A DNA stretch of 64,000 nucleotides from an uncultured Candidatus Saccharibacteria bacterium (GTDB lineage: Bacteria > Patescibacteriota > Saccharimonadia > CAILAD01 > BJGX01). Both the position numbers and the translations under genes were made by a program. Where the stretch lies: NCBI GenBank assembly GCA_964610335.1, contig CAZSVP010000002.1, positions 78,376 to 142,375 on the forward strand, given 5' to 3'. The notes under the pieces are model-generated. The model was given only the letters and a program-made list of their open reading frames with translations, was not told the origin of the DNA and did not search any database. Positions within the stretch are counted from its first letter, which is position 1, and each line of letters starts with the position of its first letter. This document shows positions 38,756 through 48,752 of the stretch, piece by piece.

Positions 38756-39406
38756 TTAAGATTTCTCATCCAAAACAGAGGCTTGTTCAAGAATTGACAA
38801 GACTCTGAGACACTCATCATCCTCTAGCATATGTCTGGGATAGCTTTTTAGTTTGTCATCAAGCGATAAGTTTTGTCTATCCCAGCCGCGTTCTTGGATA
38901 ACAACAGGGTCCATTTCTGGAGCCAGCAATATTTGATAAATATATCTCTCATTGTAATCATCTTCTTGATCTGGATTGACATCTTCATCACCAATACATA
39001 TATGCGGCTTGCCGGCTTTGAAAAATTTAACTCCCATTCTGATATATCTTGCATCTTCAGGTATGTGACGAATCATTCCTCTAAGAGTATTATAATCTGG
39101 GTCAAATTGATCTAATTCGCAGTGTATCAATTCTACTTCGTCACAGCCAATAGAAGGTAATTCAACTGGGAACTTCTGTTCTTCATAGTATGGCACCGTG
39201 TAAGCATCAGATAAAATATCACGATTTTTCACGGGCTGTTTGTCATCGGAGATTAAGCGCGAGAATAATTCATGAACATGCTTATAAAGCATTTTTTTGG
39301 GAGTTAAAAACTGCTCTCCCTGCCCTTCAAAATACGCCTTTGGATCAAAACCTTTTTTCTTTGGTTCTTCATCATCTCTGTATTGACCTGGGATTGGATC
39401 AGGCAT
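38756..39406 (-). CDS. hypothetical acidic protein (AT-rich)
   Basis: 216-aa ORF between tyrS and recG; visibly more AT-rich than flanks. Confidence 0.7.
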   Translation of the reverse strand: MPDPIPGQYRDDEEPKKKGFDPKAYFEGQGEQFLTPKKMLYKHVHELFSRLISDDKQPVKNRDILSDAYTVPYYEEQKFPVELPSIGCDEVELIHCELDQFDPDYNTLRGMIRHIPEDARYIRMGVKFFKAGKPHICIGDEDVNPDQEDDYNERYIYQILLAPEMDPVVIQERGWDRQNLSLDDKLKSYPRHMLEDDECLRVLSILEQASVLDEKS

Positions 39407-39408
39407 GG

Positions 39409-40590
39409 CTATTTTTTGAGGATTTCGGCGTAGCGGCGCTTACCTACTTGCAAGATGCCGGCTTTCTTGAGCTCGGTTTCTGGTTTGTCCACCAGCTTAC
39501 CGGCATATTTCACACCCTTTTGAGCCACCAAACGGCGCGCCTCAGATTTGCTAATACCAAACACTTCGGCAATCAAATCCAAAACATTTACGGGTAACTT
39601 AATCTTGTACTGTTTTATCTCATCAGGCTGATTACCTTCTCGAAACTGCTTTTCCCAAGCAGCTTCGGCGCCTGCGGCTGCCTTATCGCCATGGTAACGA
39701 GCCACGATGTGACGTGCCAAACTGGCCTTGGTATCGCGCGGATTGTCACCCATGGCCATGTCTTTCTCGATCTGTTTTATCTGTTCCATCGGCATATCTG
39801 TAGCTAGTTTGAAGTAAACCGGGATCAGTTCATCGCGAATTGTCATGACCTTGCCGTACATATCAGCAGGCTCGTCATTGATGTAGATGCAATTACCCCA
39901 GCTAGTGCTCATCTTGCGCCCATCGGTGCCCTCTAGCAATGGGAAGGTCATAACACTCTGTGGCTCCATCCCAAAGTGCTTTTGAATACTGCGACCGGCC
40001 AGCATATTAAATAATTGGTCAGTGCCACCAACTTCTAGATCGGTCTTCATCTCTACCGAATCATAGCCTTGGAATAGTGGGTACAGAGTCTCGTGCATCC
40101 CGACAGGCTTACCAACCTTTATTCTTTTTGCAAAGTTGTCACGCTCCGTCATCTGTTGGATAGTAAACAAGCTGGCTAGCTGGAAGAACTTATCAAGCCG
40201 CATCTTGTTAAACCAACTGCCATTGTGGAATAGTTCTACCTTACCCATATCGAGAATTAGGCTAAGCTGAGCGTGATAATCGCGGAAGTTCTCTTTCACC
40301 TCATCAAGAGTAAGCATCTTGCGCTCACTATCCTTGTCGCTACTGTCCCCGATTTGGGCAGTGAAGTCTCCGATCACAAACGTGATATGGTGCCCTAGGT
40401 CTTGGAATTGTCTTAGTTTCCATAGCGTCACAGCACGACCTATGTGCAACCTACTGCCAGTTGGGTCAAAACCCAGCTTAATGCGTAGTTTTTTACCATT
40501 CTTTAGCTTTTTCTCCAGATCAGCCCGTACTATCACATCTTCGACATTGCGGGTTAGTAGCTCTTCGATCTGGTTATTGGTAGTTTTCAT
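39409..40590 (-). CDS. tyrS: tyrosine--tRNA ligase
   Basis: GFDPTG..LHIG, YPLFQGYD, GGTDQLFN, KMSTS; C-terminal S4 domain. Confidence 0.97.
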   Translation of the reverse strand: MKTTNNQIEELLTRNVEDVIVRADLEKKLKNGKKLRIKLGFDPTGSRLHIGRAVTLWKLRQFQDLGHHITFVIGDFTAQIGDSSDKDSERKMLTLDEVKENFRDYHAQLSLILDMGKVELFHNGSWFNKMRLDKFFQLASLFTIQQMTERDNFAKRIKVGKPVGMHETLYPLFQGYDSVEMKTDLEVGGTDQLFNMLAGRSIQKHFGMEPQSVMTFPLLEGTDGRKMSTSWGNCIYINDEPADMYGKVMTIRDELIPVYFKLATDMPMEQIKQIEKDMAMGDNPRDTKASLARHIVARYHGDKAAAGAEAAWEKQFREGNQPDEIKQYKIKLPVNVLDLIAEVFGISKSEARRLVAQKGVKYAGKLVDKPETELKKAGILQVGKRRYAEILKK

Positions 40591-40595
40591 ATAAT

Positions 40596-40729
40596 GGTAT
40601 CTCCTTGGTTGGTTTTAATGAAGTATTGGGTACGGCTGCATCCCTGAAACAATATCAGGTGGCAGCTAGAGATACCTTTGGTAAAATAGTTGATTCATCA
40701 GATTGGGATCAGATAGTCACATTGTAGCA
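40596..40729 (-). promoter_or_regulatory. tyrS promoter and structured leader with anti-SD helix
   Basis: TGCTACAAT extended -10 (40721-40729); GGTATCTCT pairs with GGAGATACC (SD). Confidence 0.5.
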
Positions 40730-40814
40730 AATTCATCGTATTATAACCACATGAAGCTAGATATTACGACACGTCTTATCGTGGTATAATTTAACCAAAG
40801 AGATTACCCAAGAA

Positions 40815-43748
40815 ATGGCCAAATCCCCCAAGAAAAAAGCCAAGAAGTTAATCCGCAAAGTAAACAAAGCGGCAGCAAGTAGTGGTACCAGTACTACAAT
40901 TACTCGAGATACAACCGCTTCATCAGATAGCAGTAGTAGCTCTAATTTAACTAATCAATCATCATCAAATATGCCAAAACGCAATGTTCGTATTCCAGGT
41001 AGAAAACTAAAAGGCACAGTGCCTAAAGCAAAGGGTTGGGCCAAACTAAGCCCAAAACATGTTTGGGCGGTAGCTACCAGCCGTAAAGCACTTAAAATAT
41101 ACGGTATTGCTGCACTTACTGGATTACTACTTATTGCCGGGGTATTTGCATGGTTTGCCAAGGATTTACCTAGTCCAAATAAGATAAATGCGCGCGTAAG
41201 TGCCCAAACAACCAAGCTTTACGATCGGACTGGTGAGCATTTGTTGGTGGAGATATACGGCGACAAGAACCGTAGTGTGGTGGAATTCAATCAGATGCCA
41301 AAGTGTATCAAGGATGCTACTATAGCACTTGAAGATAAAGACTTTTACAAACAAGGTGCGTTTAGCCCTGCCGGTATTGCTCGTGCTTTCTCTGGTGTAC
41401 TTTTCCGCGATCCAAGCCGCGGTGGCGGTAGCACAATTACACAGCAGTATGTTAAGAATGCCTTGCTTACCAATGAGCGTAGCTACGAACGCAAGATCAA
41501 AGAACTTATTTTATCGATCCAGATTGAACAACTCTACAAGAAAGATGACATACTCAAACTGTACCTCAACGAAATTCCTTATGGCTCTACTGCCTATGGC
41601 ATACAAGCCGGGTCTAAACAGTTTTTTGGCAAAGATGCCAAAGACCTAACGCTTAGCCAGTGTGCCTTGCTGGCTAGCTTGCCACAAGCACCTACCTACT
41701 ACTCACCATATGGTACACACAAAGAAGCTCTTGTGGCTAAGAAAGATCGTGTCTTAGACCTCATGGCGGACCAAGGATATATCAGCCATGAAGAAGCCGA
41801 ATCCGCCAAAAAAGATCCCGTCATGGCACAGGTGCAGCGTTACAACCCCTATGCCAACGTCACAGCCCCTCACTTCGTACAATACGTGCGAGAACTGCTA
41901 GAAGAAAAATATGGGGTGAAACGGGTCAACGAAGGTGGGCTCAAAGTAATCACTACTCTCGATGTCGATAAGTACAATCTGGCTGTCAAATCTATCAATG
42001 ACAATATGGCATCAGTTCGCAGTTTTGGTGGTAGTAACGCCGCCTTGGTATCAGCCGATCCAACCAACGGCGAGGTACTTAGTCTGGTAGGTAGCTATGA
42101 TTACAATGATCAAGACTTTGGTAGTTACAATGTAGCCACGGCCTTGCGACAACCGGGGTCGAGTATTAAACCAATCGTATACTCCAGTTTGTTCAAGAAA
42201 AACTATGGTGCTGGCACCACACTATACGACGTTACGACTGATTTTGGTGGTGGTTACAAACCTCAAAACTATACCAAACGCACTTATGGCGTGGTATCTA
42301 TTCGACAAGCCTTATCTAGCTCACTAAACATCCCTGCTGTTAAGGCCCTCTACCTTGGTGGCATCGATGAGATGCTTGGGACTGCCAAGGATATGGGTAT
42401 TACCACATTTAATCGTTCGACAGACGACTATGGCTTGAGTTTGGCGCTTGGCTCAGGTGAAGTGCGCTTGATTGATATGGTCAATGCTTTTGAAACCTTC
42501 CCTAGTGGTGGCGATCATCGCAAACAAGTTTATTGGACAAAGATTACTGAGCCCAATGGTAAGGTACTAGATGATACCACCAAGCAAGATGCCAACAAAC
42601 CCAAGCAAGTACTCGACCCACAAATTGCATACGAGATAAACAGCATTCTTACTGACAACAATGCTCGTTGTAGCCTTGGTGTATTTACTTGCAACAACCC
42701 TCTAACACTTCCAGGTAAGACTGTTGCTGCCAAAACTGGTACTACCGAAGACTACAAAGACGCCTGGACAATGGGCTATACCAAACGTGTTGTAACAGGT
42801 GTTTGGGCTGGTAACAACGACAACAAGCCTATGACCCAGGCTGCTTCAATTGTGTCGGCTCCTATCTGGAACCAATACATGCGCGAAGTAACCAAGAACG
42901 ATCCCAACGATCAATTTGACCGCCCAAGTGGCATCAAAGAAATAACCCTCGATGCCAACACCGGCAAGCTTCCTGCCGATGGTACTAAACGTACAAGAAC
43001 TGATATATTTCCTACTTGGTACAATCCAGTGAAAGCTGATGGAAGCCAAAAAGCCACCATAGATACAGTTAGCGGCAAACTAGCAACAGACTGTACACCT
43101 GCAGCAGCTCGCAAGGAGATCACAGGTGCACTGATTACTGCTGAGGTGCCGCCCAATGATCCATCGTTCAATCGCTGGAACCCACCAGTACAAGCCTTGG
43201 CACGAAGTATTGGCTATGATGTGGGTGGATCGCTGCCAACAGAAAAAGAGACAACACATGACTGTGGTGATGCTAAACCAATCGTAAACCTCACAGTAAC
43301 TCCAAACTCAGGCAGTACCTTCAACTTGACTGCTGGCATTACAGCTGGCCGGTATGGTACTACTAAGATCACGTTCTACCGCGACGGCAATGCCATATCT
43401 ACCCAGGGCACAGGTGGCGGCACGTCTATTTCTACTACTGATATTCCTCCTGCTGGCGTACACAACTATAGTGCCGTGGTTGAAGATAGTGCTCTCTATA
43501 GTGGTACTAGTAACACTGTAACAGTTAATGCTTCAGGAGCTCTGAGCCTTACTTGTAGCGCACCTAAAAACTGTAGTTTGAGTGGGGGCAGCGGTATAGC
43601 AACCTTGTTTTACCCAGGTGGGTCACAAGTCGATGCCACAGCACCTTATAACTGGTCTGGCTGGGCCGGGGGTGATTGGAATGCCATTACGGGCTCTGGA
43701 TCCAATGTTCGCGCCGTAGTAAATGGTAGTACAGTCTACCCACAATAG
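40815..43748 (+). CDS. class A penicillin-binding protein (PBP1A) with C-terminal Ig-like domains
   Basis: EDKDF, GGSTITQQ, RKIKE glycosyltransferase motifs; SSIK, SLN, KTG transpeptidase motifs. Confidence 0.95.
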   Translation: MAKSPKKKAKKLIRKVNKAAASSGTSTTITRDTTASSDSSSSSNLTNQSSSNMPKRNVRIPGRKLKGTVPKAKGWAKLSPKHVWAVATSRKALKIYGIAALTGLLLIAGVFAWFAKDLPSPNKINARVSAQTTKLYDRTGEHLLVEIYGDKNRSVVEFNQMPKCIKDATIALEDKDFYKQGAFSPAGIARAFSGVLFRDPSRGGGSTITQQYVKNALLTNERSYERKIKELILSIQIEQLYKKDDILKLYLNEIPYGSTAYGIQAGSKQFFGKDAKDLTLSQCALLASLPQAPTYYSPYGTHKEALVAKKDRVLDLMADQGYISHEEAESAKKDPVMAQVQRYNPYANVTAPHFVQYVRELLEEKYGVKRVNEGGLKVITTLDVDKYNLAVKSINDNMASVRSFGGSNAALVSADPTNGEVLSLVGSYDYNDQDFGSYNVATALRQPGSSIKPIVYSSLFKKNYGAGTTLYDVTTDFGGGYKPQNYTKRTYGVVSIRQALSSSLNIPAVKALYLGGIDEMLGTAKDMGITTFNRSTDDYGLSLALGSGEVRLIDMVNAFETFPSGGDHRKQVYWTKITEPNGKVLDDTTKQDANKPKQVLDPQIAYEINSILTDNNARCSLGVFTCNNPLTLPGKTVAAKTGTTEDYKDAWTMGYTKRVVTGVWAGNNDNKPMTQAASIVSAPIWNQYMREVTKNDPNDQFDRPSGIKEITLDANTGKLPADGTKRTRTDIFPTWYNPVKADGSQKATIDTVSGKLATDCTPAAARKEITGALITAEVPPNDPSFNRWNPPVQALARSIGYDVGGSLPTEKETTHDCGDAKPIVNLTVTPNSGSTFNLTAGITAGRYGTTKITFYRDGNAISTQGTGGGTSISTTDIPPAGVHNYSAVVEDSALYSGTSNTVTVNASGALSLTCSAPKNCSLSGGSGIATLFYPGGSQVDATAPYNWSGWAGGDWNAITGSGSNVRAVVNGSTVYPQ

Positions 43749-43761
43749 CTCTGAGAGCTAT

Positions 43762-44598
43762 CTATTTTGACTGTGAACGAGGCCTCGGTTGATGTGGTCG
43801 ATGATGAGTACGATTATTACTTTGCGATGACCGTTTTGGTTGTGCAGATCGCGACGCGCCGTTGCCATTGCCATTTTTTTGAGTAGCAAAAATCATCTTG
43901 CCAGCCACGCTTTGGAATATCTTACTGACTTCGACTTTTACATCTTTGCCGATTAGTTTTTCGCCATCTTCGACTACTATCATAGTGCCATCTTCGAGAT
44001 AGCCGACACCCTGACCACGTTCTTTACCTTGTTGAGCGACCTTGATCTCTAATATTTCACCAGGCAACACTACGGCACGTAAAGCGTTGCTTAATTCGTT
44101 TACGTTGAGCACGCGGACAGATTCCACGCTAGCCACACGATTTAGATTGTAGTCGGTTGTAAGAATGTCAGTATCATACTGCTTGGCAAGGTACACTAGC
44201 TTGTGGTCAACCTCTTTGACGTCCTCAGGATTCTCCTCTACCACTTCTATTTCAACATCAGCCGTTTGGCGTAGTTGGTTGAGTACTTCGAGCCCACGCC
44301 GACCGCGCATACGTCGCTGTGGGTCTTCACTGTCCGCAATGTTTTGTAGCTCTTGCAGTACGAAGCGCGGTACTAGCAAGCGCCCAGGCATAAAACCTGC
44401 TTGTGCTACGTCAGCGATACGCCCATCGATGATAGCACTAGTATCTACCAATATACTCCCAACAGCCTTGGCTTGTGCCGCAGGCCGTGATGGCGTAGCT
44501 GTGGTTGAGCTACCTGTGAGCTGAGGTTTTAGTAGTAAGTACAAAATTAGTGAAGACAGCATAGAAGCCGCTAGTACAACAAAAAACGTTACAATCAT
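43762..44598 (-). CDS. PIN/TRAM-domain protein (YacL-like)
   Basis: [32 protein letters not shown]; downstream of radA. Confidence 0.9.
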   Translation of the reverse strand: MIVTFFVVLAASMLSSLILYLLLKPQLTGSSTTATPSRPAAQAKAVGSILVDTSAIIDGRIADVAQAGFMPGRLLVPRFVLQELQNIADSEDPQRRMRGRRGLEVLNQLRQTADVEIEVVEENPEDVKEVDHKLVYLAKQYDTDILTTDYNLNRVASVESVRVLNVNELSNALRAVVLPGEILEIKVAQQGKERGQGVGYLEDGTMIVVEDGEKLIGKDVKVEVSKIFQSVAGKMIFATQKNGNGNGASRSAQPKRSSQSNNRTHHRPHQPRPRSQSK

Positions 44599-44615
44599 GA
44601 TTTCTCCTAAGTGGA

Positions 44616-45944
44616 TTATTTAGTTTTGATTAGATCGAGGACTTCTCGAATATTACCAATCTTAATCTTTGCGTTATCTTTGGTTTTGCCGGCGACCACT
44701 GTGTTAGTAAAACCAAGCTTAGTGGCCTCGGCCAATCGTCGTTCGCTTGCTCCTACTGGTCGTACTTCACCTGCCAAACCAACTTCTCCAAACACAGCAG
44801 TGTTGCGAGGTAGTGATAAATTCTTGAACGATGAGACGATAGCGCAAATAATTGCCAGATCGGCGGCGGGTTCAGTTACCCGCAAACCGCCTACGATATT
44901 AACATATATATCACTGTTACTCAAGTTGAGACCAGTCCGTTTTTGGACTACTGCAACCAGTACATTGAGACGATTTAAGTCAATCCCAGCCGCCGATCGC
45001 TTAGGGAACCCAAACGATGTAGGGCTCACCAGGGCCTGTACTTCTACCAGCACCGGACGACTACCCTCAAGCGTCGCTAGCACCACATTGCCAGGTGCTT
45101 GTTCGTAGTTTTCGAGTAGCGATTGTGAGGGATTGGCTACAGCGCGTAACCCAACATCACTCATCTCCAAAATGGCGGTTTCATTGATTGAACCGAAGCG
45201 ATTTTTGATAGCACGCAAAATCTTAAATGTGCCACTACGCTCACCTTCCAGATACATTACAGTATCTACCAAATGTTCCATTACTCGCGGTCCAGCCACC
45301 ACACCTTCTTTGGTTACATGACCAACTATAATTACGGCTGTACTACTACGCTTAGCCACTTCCATGATTTGATGAGTAATACTGGTGAGTTGTGCAACGC
45401 TGCCTGGGGCGTTCTCGAGACTTGCGCTACTCATCGTCTGAATACTATCAACTACCACCAGTTCGTATTGGCCGGTAGCGATAGTAGCTATGAGCGCATC
45501 AGCATCGGTTGAGCCAACAAAGTCAAAACCAGCCGAGGCCTTGAGCAGACGCTCAGCTCGCAAGTTCACCTGCTCGGCCGACTCCTCCCCGCTCATATAG
45601 AGTACTGTACGCTTGGCTGCTACATCGTGTGCTACCTGTAGTAAAAGCGTCGACTTGCCTATGCCAGGGTCGCCGGCCATTAGTACTAAGCTCCCAGGTA
45701 CTATGCCACCACCGAATACCTCATCAACCGCGGCCACACCGGTGCCAATACGGACAAGCTTAGTACTACTCTTACCACCAAGTTTTTCTGGCTTGAGAGG
45801 TGCGCTAACAGACTTTTGAAGCCTTGCTACTGGTGCTGATTCTTCGAGGCTACTCCAAGCGCCACAGGATTGACACTTACCACTCCACTTGGCGAAGCTC
45901 TCGCCACAAGCGCTACAGATAAATTGAGTAGATTTCTTGGCCAT
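44616..45944 (-). CDS. radA: DNA repair protein RadA/Sms
   Basis: CSACG..CQSCG Zn finger, [14 protein letters not shown]; start at MAKK. Confidence 0.97.
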   Translation of the reverse strand: MAKKSTQFICSACGESFAKWSGKCQSCGAWSSLEESAPVARLQKSVSAPLKPEKLGGKSSTKLVRIGTGVAAVDEVFGGGIVPGSLVLMAGDPGIGKSTLLLQVAHDVAAKRTVLYMSGEESAEQVNLRAERLLKASAGFDFVGSTDADALIATIATGQYELVVVDSIQTMSSASLENAPGSVAQLTSITHQIMEVAKRSSTAVIIVGHVTKEGVVAGPRVMEHLVDTVMYLEGERSGTFKILRAIKNRFGSINETAILEMSDVGLRAVANPSQSLLENYEQAPGNVVLATLEGSRPVLVEVQALVSPTSFGFPKRSAAGIDLNRLNVLVAVVQKRTGLNLSNSDIYVNIVGGLRVTEPAADLAIICAIVSSFKNLSLPRNTAVFGEVGLAGEVRPVGASERRLAEATKLGFTNTVVAGKTKDNAKIKIGNIREVLDLIKTK

Positions 45945-46010
45945 AATACATGAATTATACACCATATCTGTATATACGAACAAGATACGAATAAATCAAT
46001 TATTAATACG

Positions 46011-46039
46011 TTGACTTATATAGGTTTAGATTGTATAAT
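46011..46039 (+). promoter_or_regulatory. cassette promoter
   Basis: TTGACT-N17-TATAAT. Confidence 0.75.
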
Positions 46040-46088
46040 ACTGCCACTTCATCTGGAATAGCCAGTTGACTGACCGAAGGGAGCGGCC

Positions 46089-46664
46089 ATGCCGTTCGTA
46101 CTAGGATATTACAAAGCCGACGAGATCTCGGTCGTAGACCTGAAGATCGCCTACCGCGAGCTGGTGCCGGCAGCGTTCCACAGCCCCCAAGGGCCGCTGA
46201 CACCCGGCAGCATCGAGGCACGCATCAAGAAGCAGACCGAGGAAGATGACATCAACGTTGGTGTCTTCACCAAGGTCGAAGCCTACGACCTGCCCGATCG
46301 AGCGGAGAACCTGCAAGAGAGGGCCGAGATGCTGGAGGCTGCCCTCGACGAGTTGTTCCCAGGCGTCGGTTTCGGTGTCTGGGCCTGCCTGGTCAAAGCC
46401 GGCTGGGCGTCGGACACCGATGACCCCGACTTCGACGGTGACATGTCCATGACTGCAGCAGTTGCTCGTGTTCGCGAGATGCTCGCAGCCTCGCCGCTCG
46501 ATCGCAAGCTACTCGTCTACAAGCAGACCGGCGAATGGCAAGGCAACATCATGCAATGGCAGGCAGAACGCATCGCCGATGAACTCGGCACCAGCATGGT
46601 CGACGTCGCCCACCGTCTGCAGGAGATCTCGGACGGCAAGTGCCGCGTGATCTCTGGCCGATAG
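46089..46664 (+). CDS. orphan protein, possible tautomerase/MIF-superfamily fold
   Basis: Starts Met-Pro; beta-alpha-beta pattern LTPGSIEA...VEAYDLPDRAEN...FGVWACL; GC-rich. Confidence 0.65.
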   Translation: MPFVLGYYKADEISVVDLKIAYRELVPAAFHSPQGPLTPGSIEARIKKQTEEDDINVGVFTKVEAYDLPDRAENLQERAEMLEAALDELFPGVGFGVWACLVKAGWASDTDDPDFDGDMSMTAAVARVREMLAASPLDRKLLVYKQTGEWQGNIMQWQAERIADELGTSMVDVAHRLQEISDGKCRVISGR

Positions 46665-46670
46665 CAAACA

Positions 46671-46726
46671 CCCCTTGAGGGCTTCGCAACAAATCTGCGA
46701 AGCTCCCGAGGGGTTTCGCATTTGTA
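46671..46726. terminator. long hairpin(s) between convergent genes
   Basis: CCCCTTGAGGGCTTCGCA/TGCGAAGCTCCCGAGGGG plus alternative register with GGGGTTTCGCATTTGT. Confidence 0.6.
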
Positions 46727-46727
46727 A

Positions 46728-47684
46728 CTAGATTGTACTGATGGGCAGAGGCTTGGCTACAGGTAGTATGTATTCAATTAAGTCCTGACGTATGATGGCG
46801 CCAAACAAAAACGACAGCTCACGATTGTATTTGCCTCGATAGTGACCGTAGTCTTTGATCTCCAAAAGTTCCAGATCACCAGAGAAGTTTTTGCGCTCTA
46901 TTTGAGTAACCAGCTTCATGATGTCTTTCTTGGGACAGATTAAATTATTCTCACCATATGACAAATGAAAATACACATCTGGATAAAACTGCAAAGCTTT
47001 GAATATATCGTGCGACAAACTACCCAAACGAAGTTGACGCGCAAGAATCTTGTTTTTGCGAGTCAGGGCTTTAAACTTAGTGTCATCCTTCTTATGGGGC
47101 TGGAGCTTATTGTCGTAACCTGCATCACGAACAAAGCTCAAAGCCTGAGTAACATAATTTTGCGGTTTGATACCGGCTGGATCACGCAAGGCCAGGCCCT
47201 CGACGTGTAGTTTATGCTGCGGTGCTATCGACGCCAAATTGGCGACAAAGGCACCACCAAACGAAGCACCTGTGAGTATTAATTTGTGCTGCTCAAATCG
47301 CTCAGCAACAGCTCGAGCTAACGCACCAGTGAGGTAACTTAGACCAACCCTTTTCATATCTTCAAGCTGACTACTATTTAGTTTGGTAAGCTCAATAGAT
47401 ACGCAAAGTATTGGATAGTCACAAGCTACAGCAGCAAACTCAGTATAGGTATCTTCTACCAATGGTGAACTAAAGGTCTGAGTAAAAGGTAGAATATCTA
47501 CAACTATCGATTTTGATCGACGTAACTTGTCGGCATTGAAAAATCTAGCAGCAAAGTCTATGCCAGTCACTTTATCTCTTAGGCTATAGTTTTCATTGAA
47601 TTCTTGTACAAAGCCTTCCGGTACATCAAAACGAGGCAAAGTAAGGTCGGCTGGGTCAACTGACAAAAATACCTTGGAACTCAT
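46728..47684 (-). CDS. alpha/beta-hydrolase-fold protein
   Basis: GASFGG nucleophile elbow, DPAG, late GH. Confidence 0.65.
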   Translation of the reverse strand: MSSKVFLSVDPADLTLPRFDVPEGFVQEFNENYSLRDKVTGIDFAARFFNADKLRRSKSIVVDILPFTQTFSSPLVEDTYTEFAAVACDYPILCVSIELTKLNSSQLEDMKRVGLSYLTGALARAVAERFEQHKLILTGASFGGAFVANLASIAPQHKLHVEGLALRDPAGIKPQNYVTQALSFVRDAGYDNKLQPHKKDDTKFKALTRKNKILARQLRLGSLSHDIFKALQFYPDVYFHLSYGENNLICPKKDIMKLVTQIERKNFSGDLELLEIKDYGHYRGKYNRELSFLFGAIIRQDLIEYILPVAKPLPISTI

Positions 47685-47688
47685 GATG

Positions 47689-48237
47689 TTATTGTTTTAG
47701 TTTCCTAGTTACTTCAACAAGTCTAAGAGCAACGCCTTCAATCCGCTCCTTGATATCTTCTGCAACCAATTCATACCCATCACTGGTTTCCAAATAATCT
47801 TCTTCAGTAGTGCAGACCTGAGATGGTAGGCCGATGGCGTTTAGTCCGCGGGCTACAATTCTGAGTTGGTCAATTGGCTGGGTCGTACGATTCCCACCAT
47901 GGCTACCAAAGGCCATAGGCTTGCCAACAAAGTTCTTGATAGCCAAATGATCCAAAGCTGTCTTAAGTGTACCCGAATAAGAATTGTGATAAACCGGGCT
48001 AAGCAGTACTACAGCATCAGCCTGATCAACTTTACTGGCCAAGCTACGCACTTTCTCGTCGGGATGGTCTTCAGGGTTCTTATGATAATCTGTATCCGGT
48101 GGTGGTAATTCTAGCTCAACAATATCTATTACCTCAGCCTCAGCACTATTCTTAACTACTTCAGCAGCCATCGCACCGGCTAGCGCCAAAGTATGAGAAT
48201 GTTTTTGTGAACTGCCACTCAACAATACTACTTTCAT
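47689..48237 (-). CDS. NADPH-dependent FMN reductase
   Basis: LSGS...SHT, SPVYHNSYSGTLKTALD. Confidence 0.88.
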   Translation of the reverse strand: MKVVLLSGSSQKHSHTLALAGAMAAEVVKNSAEAEVIDIVELELPPPDTDYHKNPEDHPDEKVRSLASKVDQADAVVLLSPVYHNSYSGTLKTALDHLAIKNFVGKPMAFGSHGGNRTTQPIDQLRIVARGLNAIGLPSQVCTTEEDYLETSDGYELVAEDIKERIEGVALRLVEVTRKLKQ

Positions 48238-48752
48238 TTTTTCATCCTGCTTTCTTGTTTATATTTCTCAAACATTTTCTGCCGCTGTGTGAAGTTTTTG
48301 TTGAGCGCCCACTCCCAAGCCTCTTCGTAATCTTGATTTTGGCTTTTTTCAAGAGCTACTTGATCGCGAGCAAAAGTTCGCCCGTACACTTCTACGTAGA
48401 TATCAAACAACACCATATCAAGTAACTTATGGACGGCTCTACCGTGGTTGTTGTCATCAACCACACTTGAATGGATATTGTTGTCGACCAACAGTATGTG
48501 CATGAGCTCGTGTACTAAGTCGCCGCGACTACGTTGTCGATTAGTGGTAGCTTGTAACATTAGCGGGTGAGATTGGCTGTGGCCATTGTGAATGGTAGCT
48601 ACGATTTTTTGAGATGCAAAATCAAGACCGGTAATTTTCTTGGCTGACTCAACAATACTCTTACCGTATTCTTGCCAAAGTTTTTGGTAGTTTTGTGCAG
48701 TAGCCTGCAACTCGGGCAGATCTGCCTCCGGTACAAAGCTAATCTGAATCAT
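48234..48752 (-). CDS. HExxH-motif hypothetical protein (zincin-like)
   Basis: LVHELMHIL motif; overlaps clpC stop. Confidence 0.65.
   Translation of the reverse strand: MIQISFVPEADLPELQATAQNYQKLWQEYGKSIVESAKKITGLDFASQKIVATIHNGHSQSHPLMLQATTNRQRSRGDLVHELMHILLVDNNIHSSVVDDNNHGRAVHKLLDMVLFDIYVEVYGRTFARDQVALEKSQNQDYEEAWEWALNKNFTQRQKMFEKYKQESRMKK

Noticed and set aside
40591-40729. T-box riboswitch upstream of tyrS
   Set aside because: Leader too short, with no T-box consensus or Stem I specifier structure
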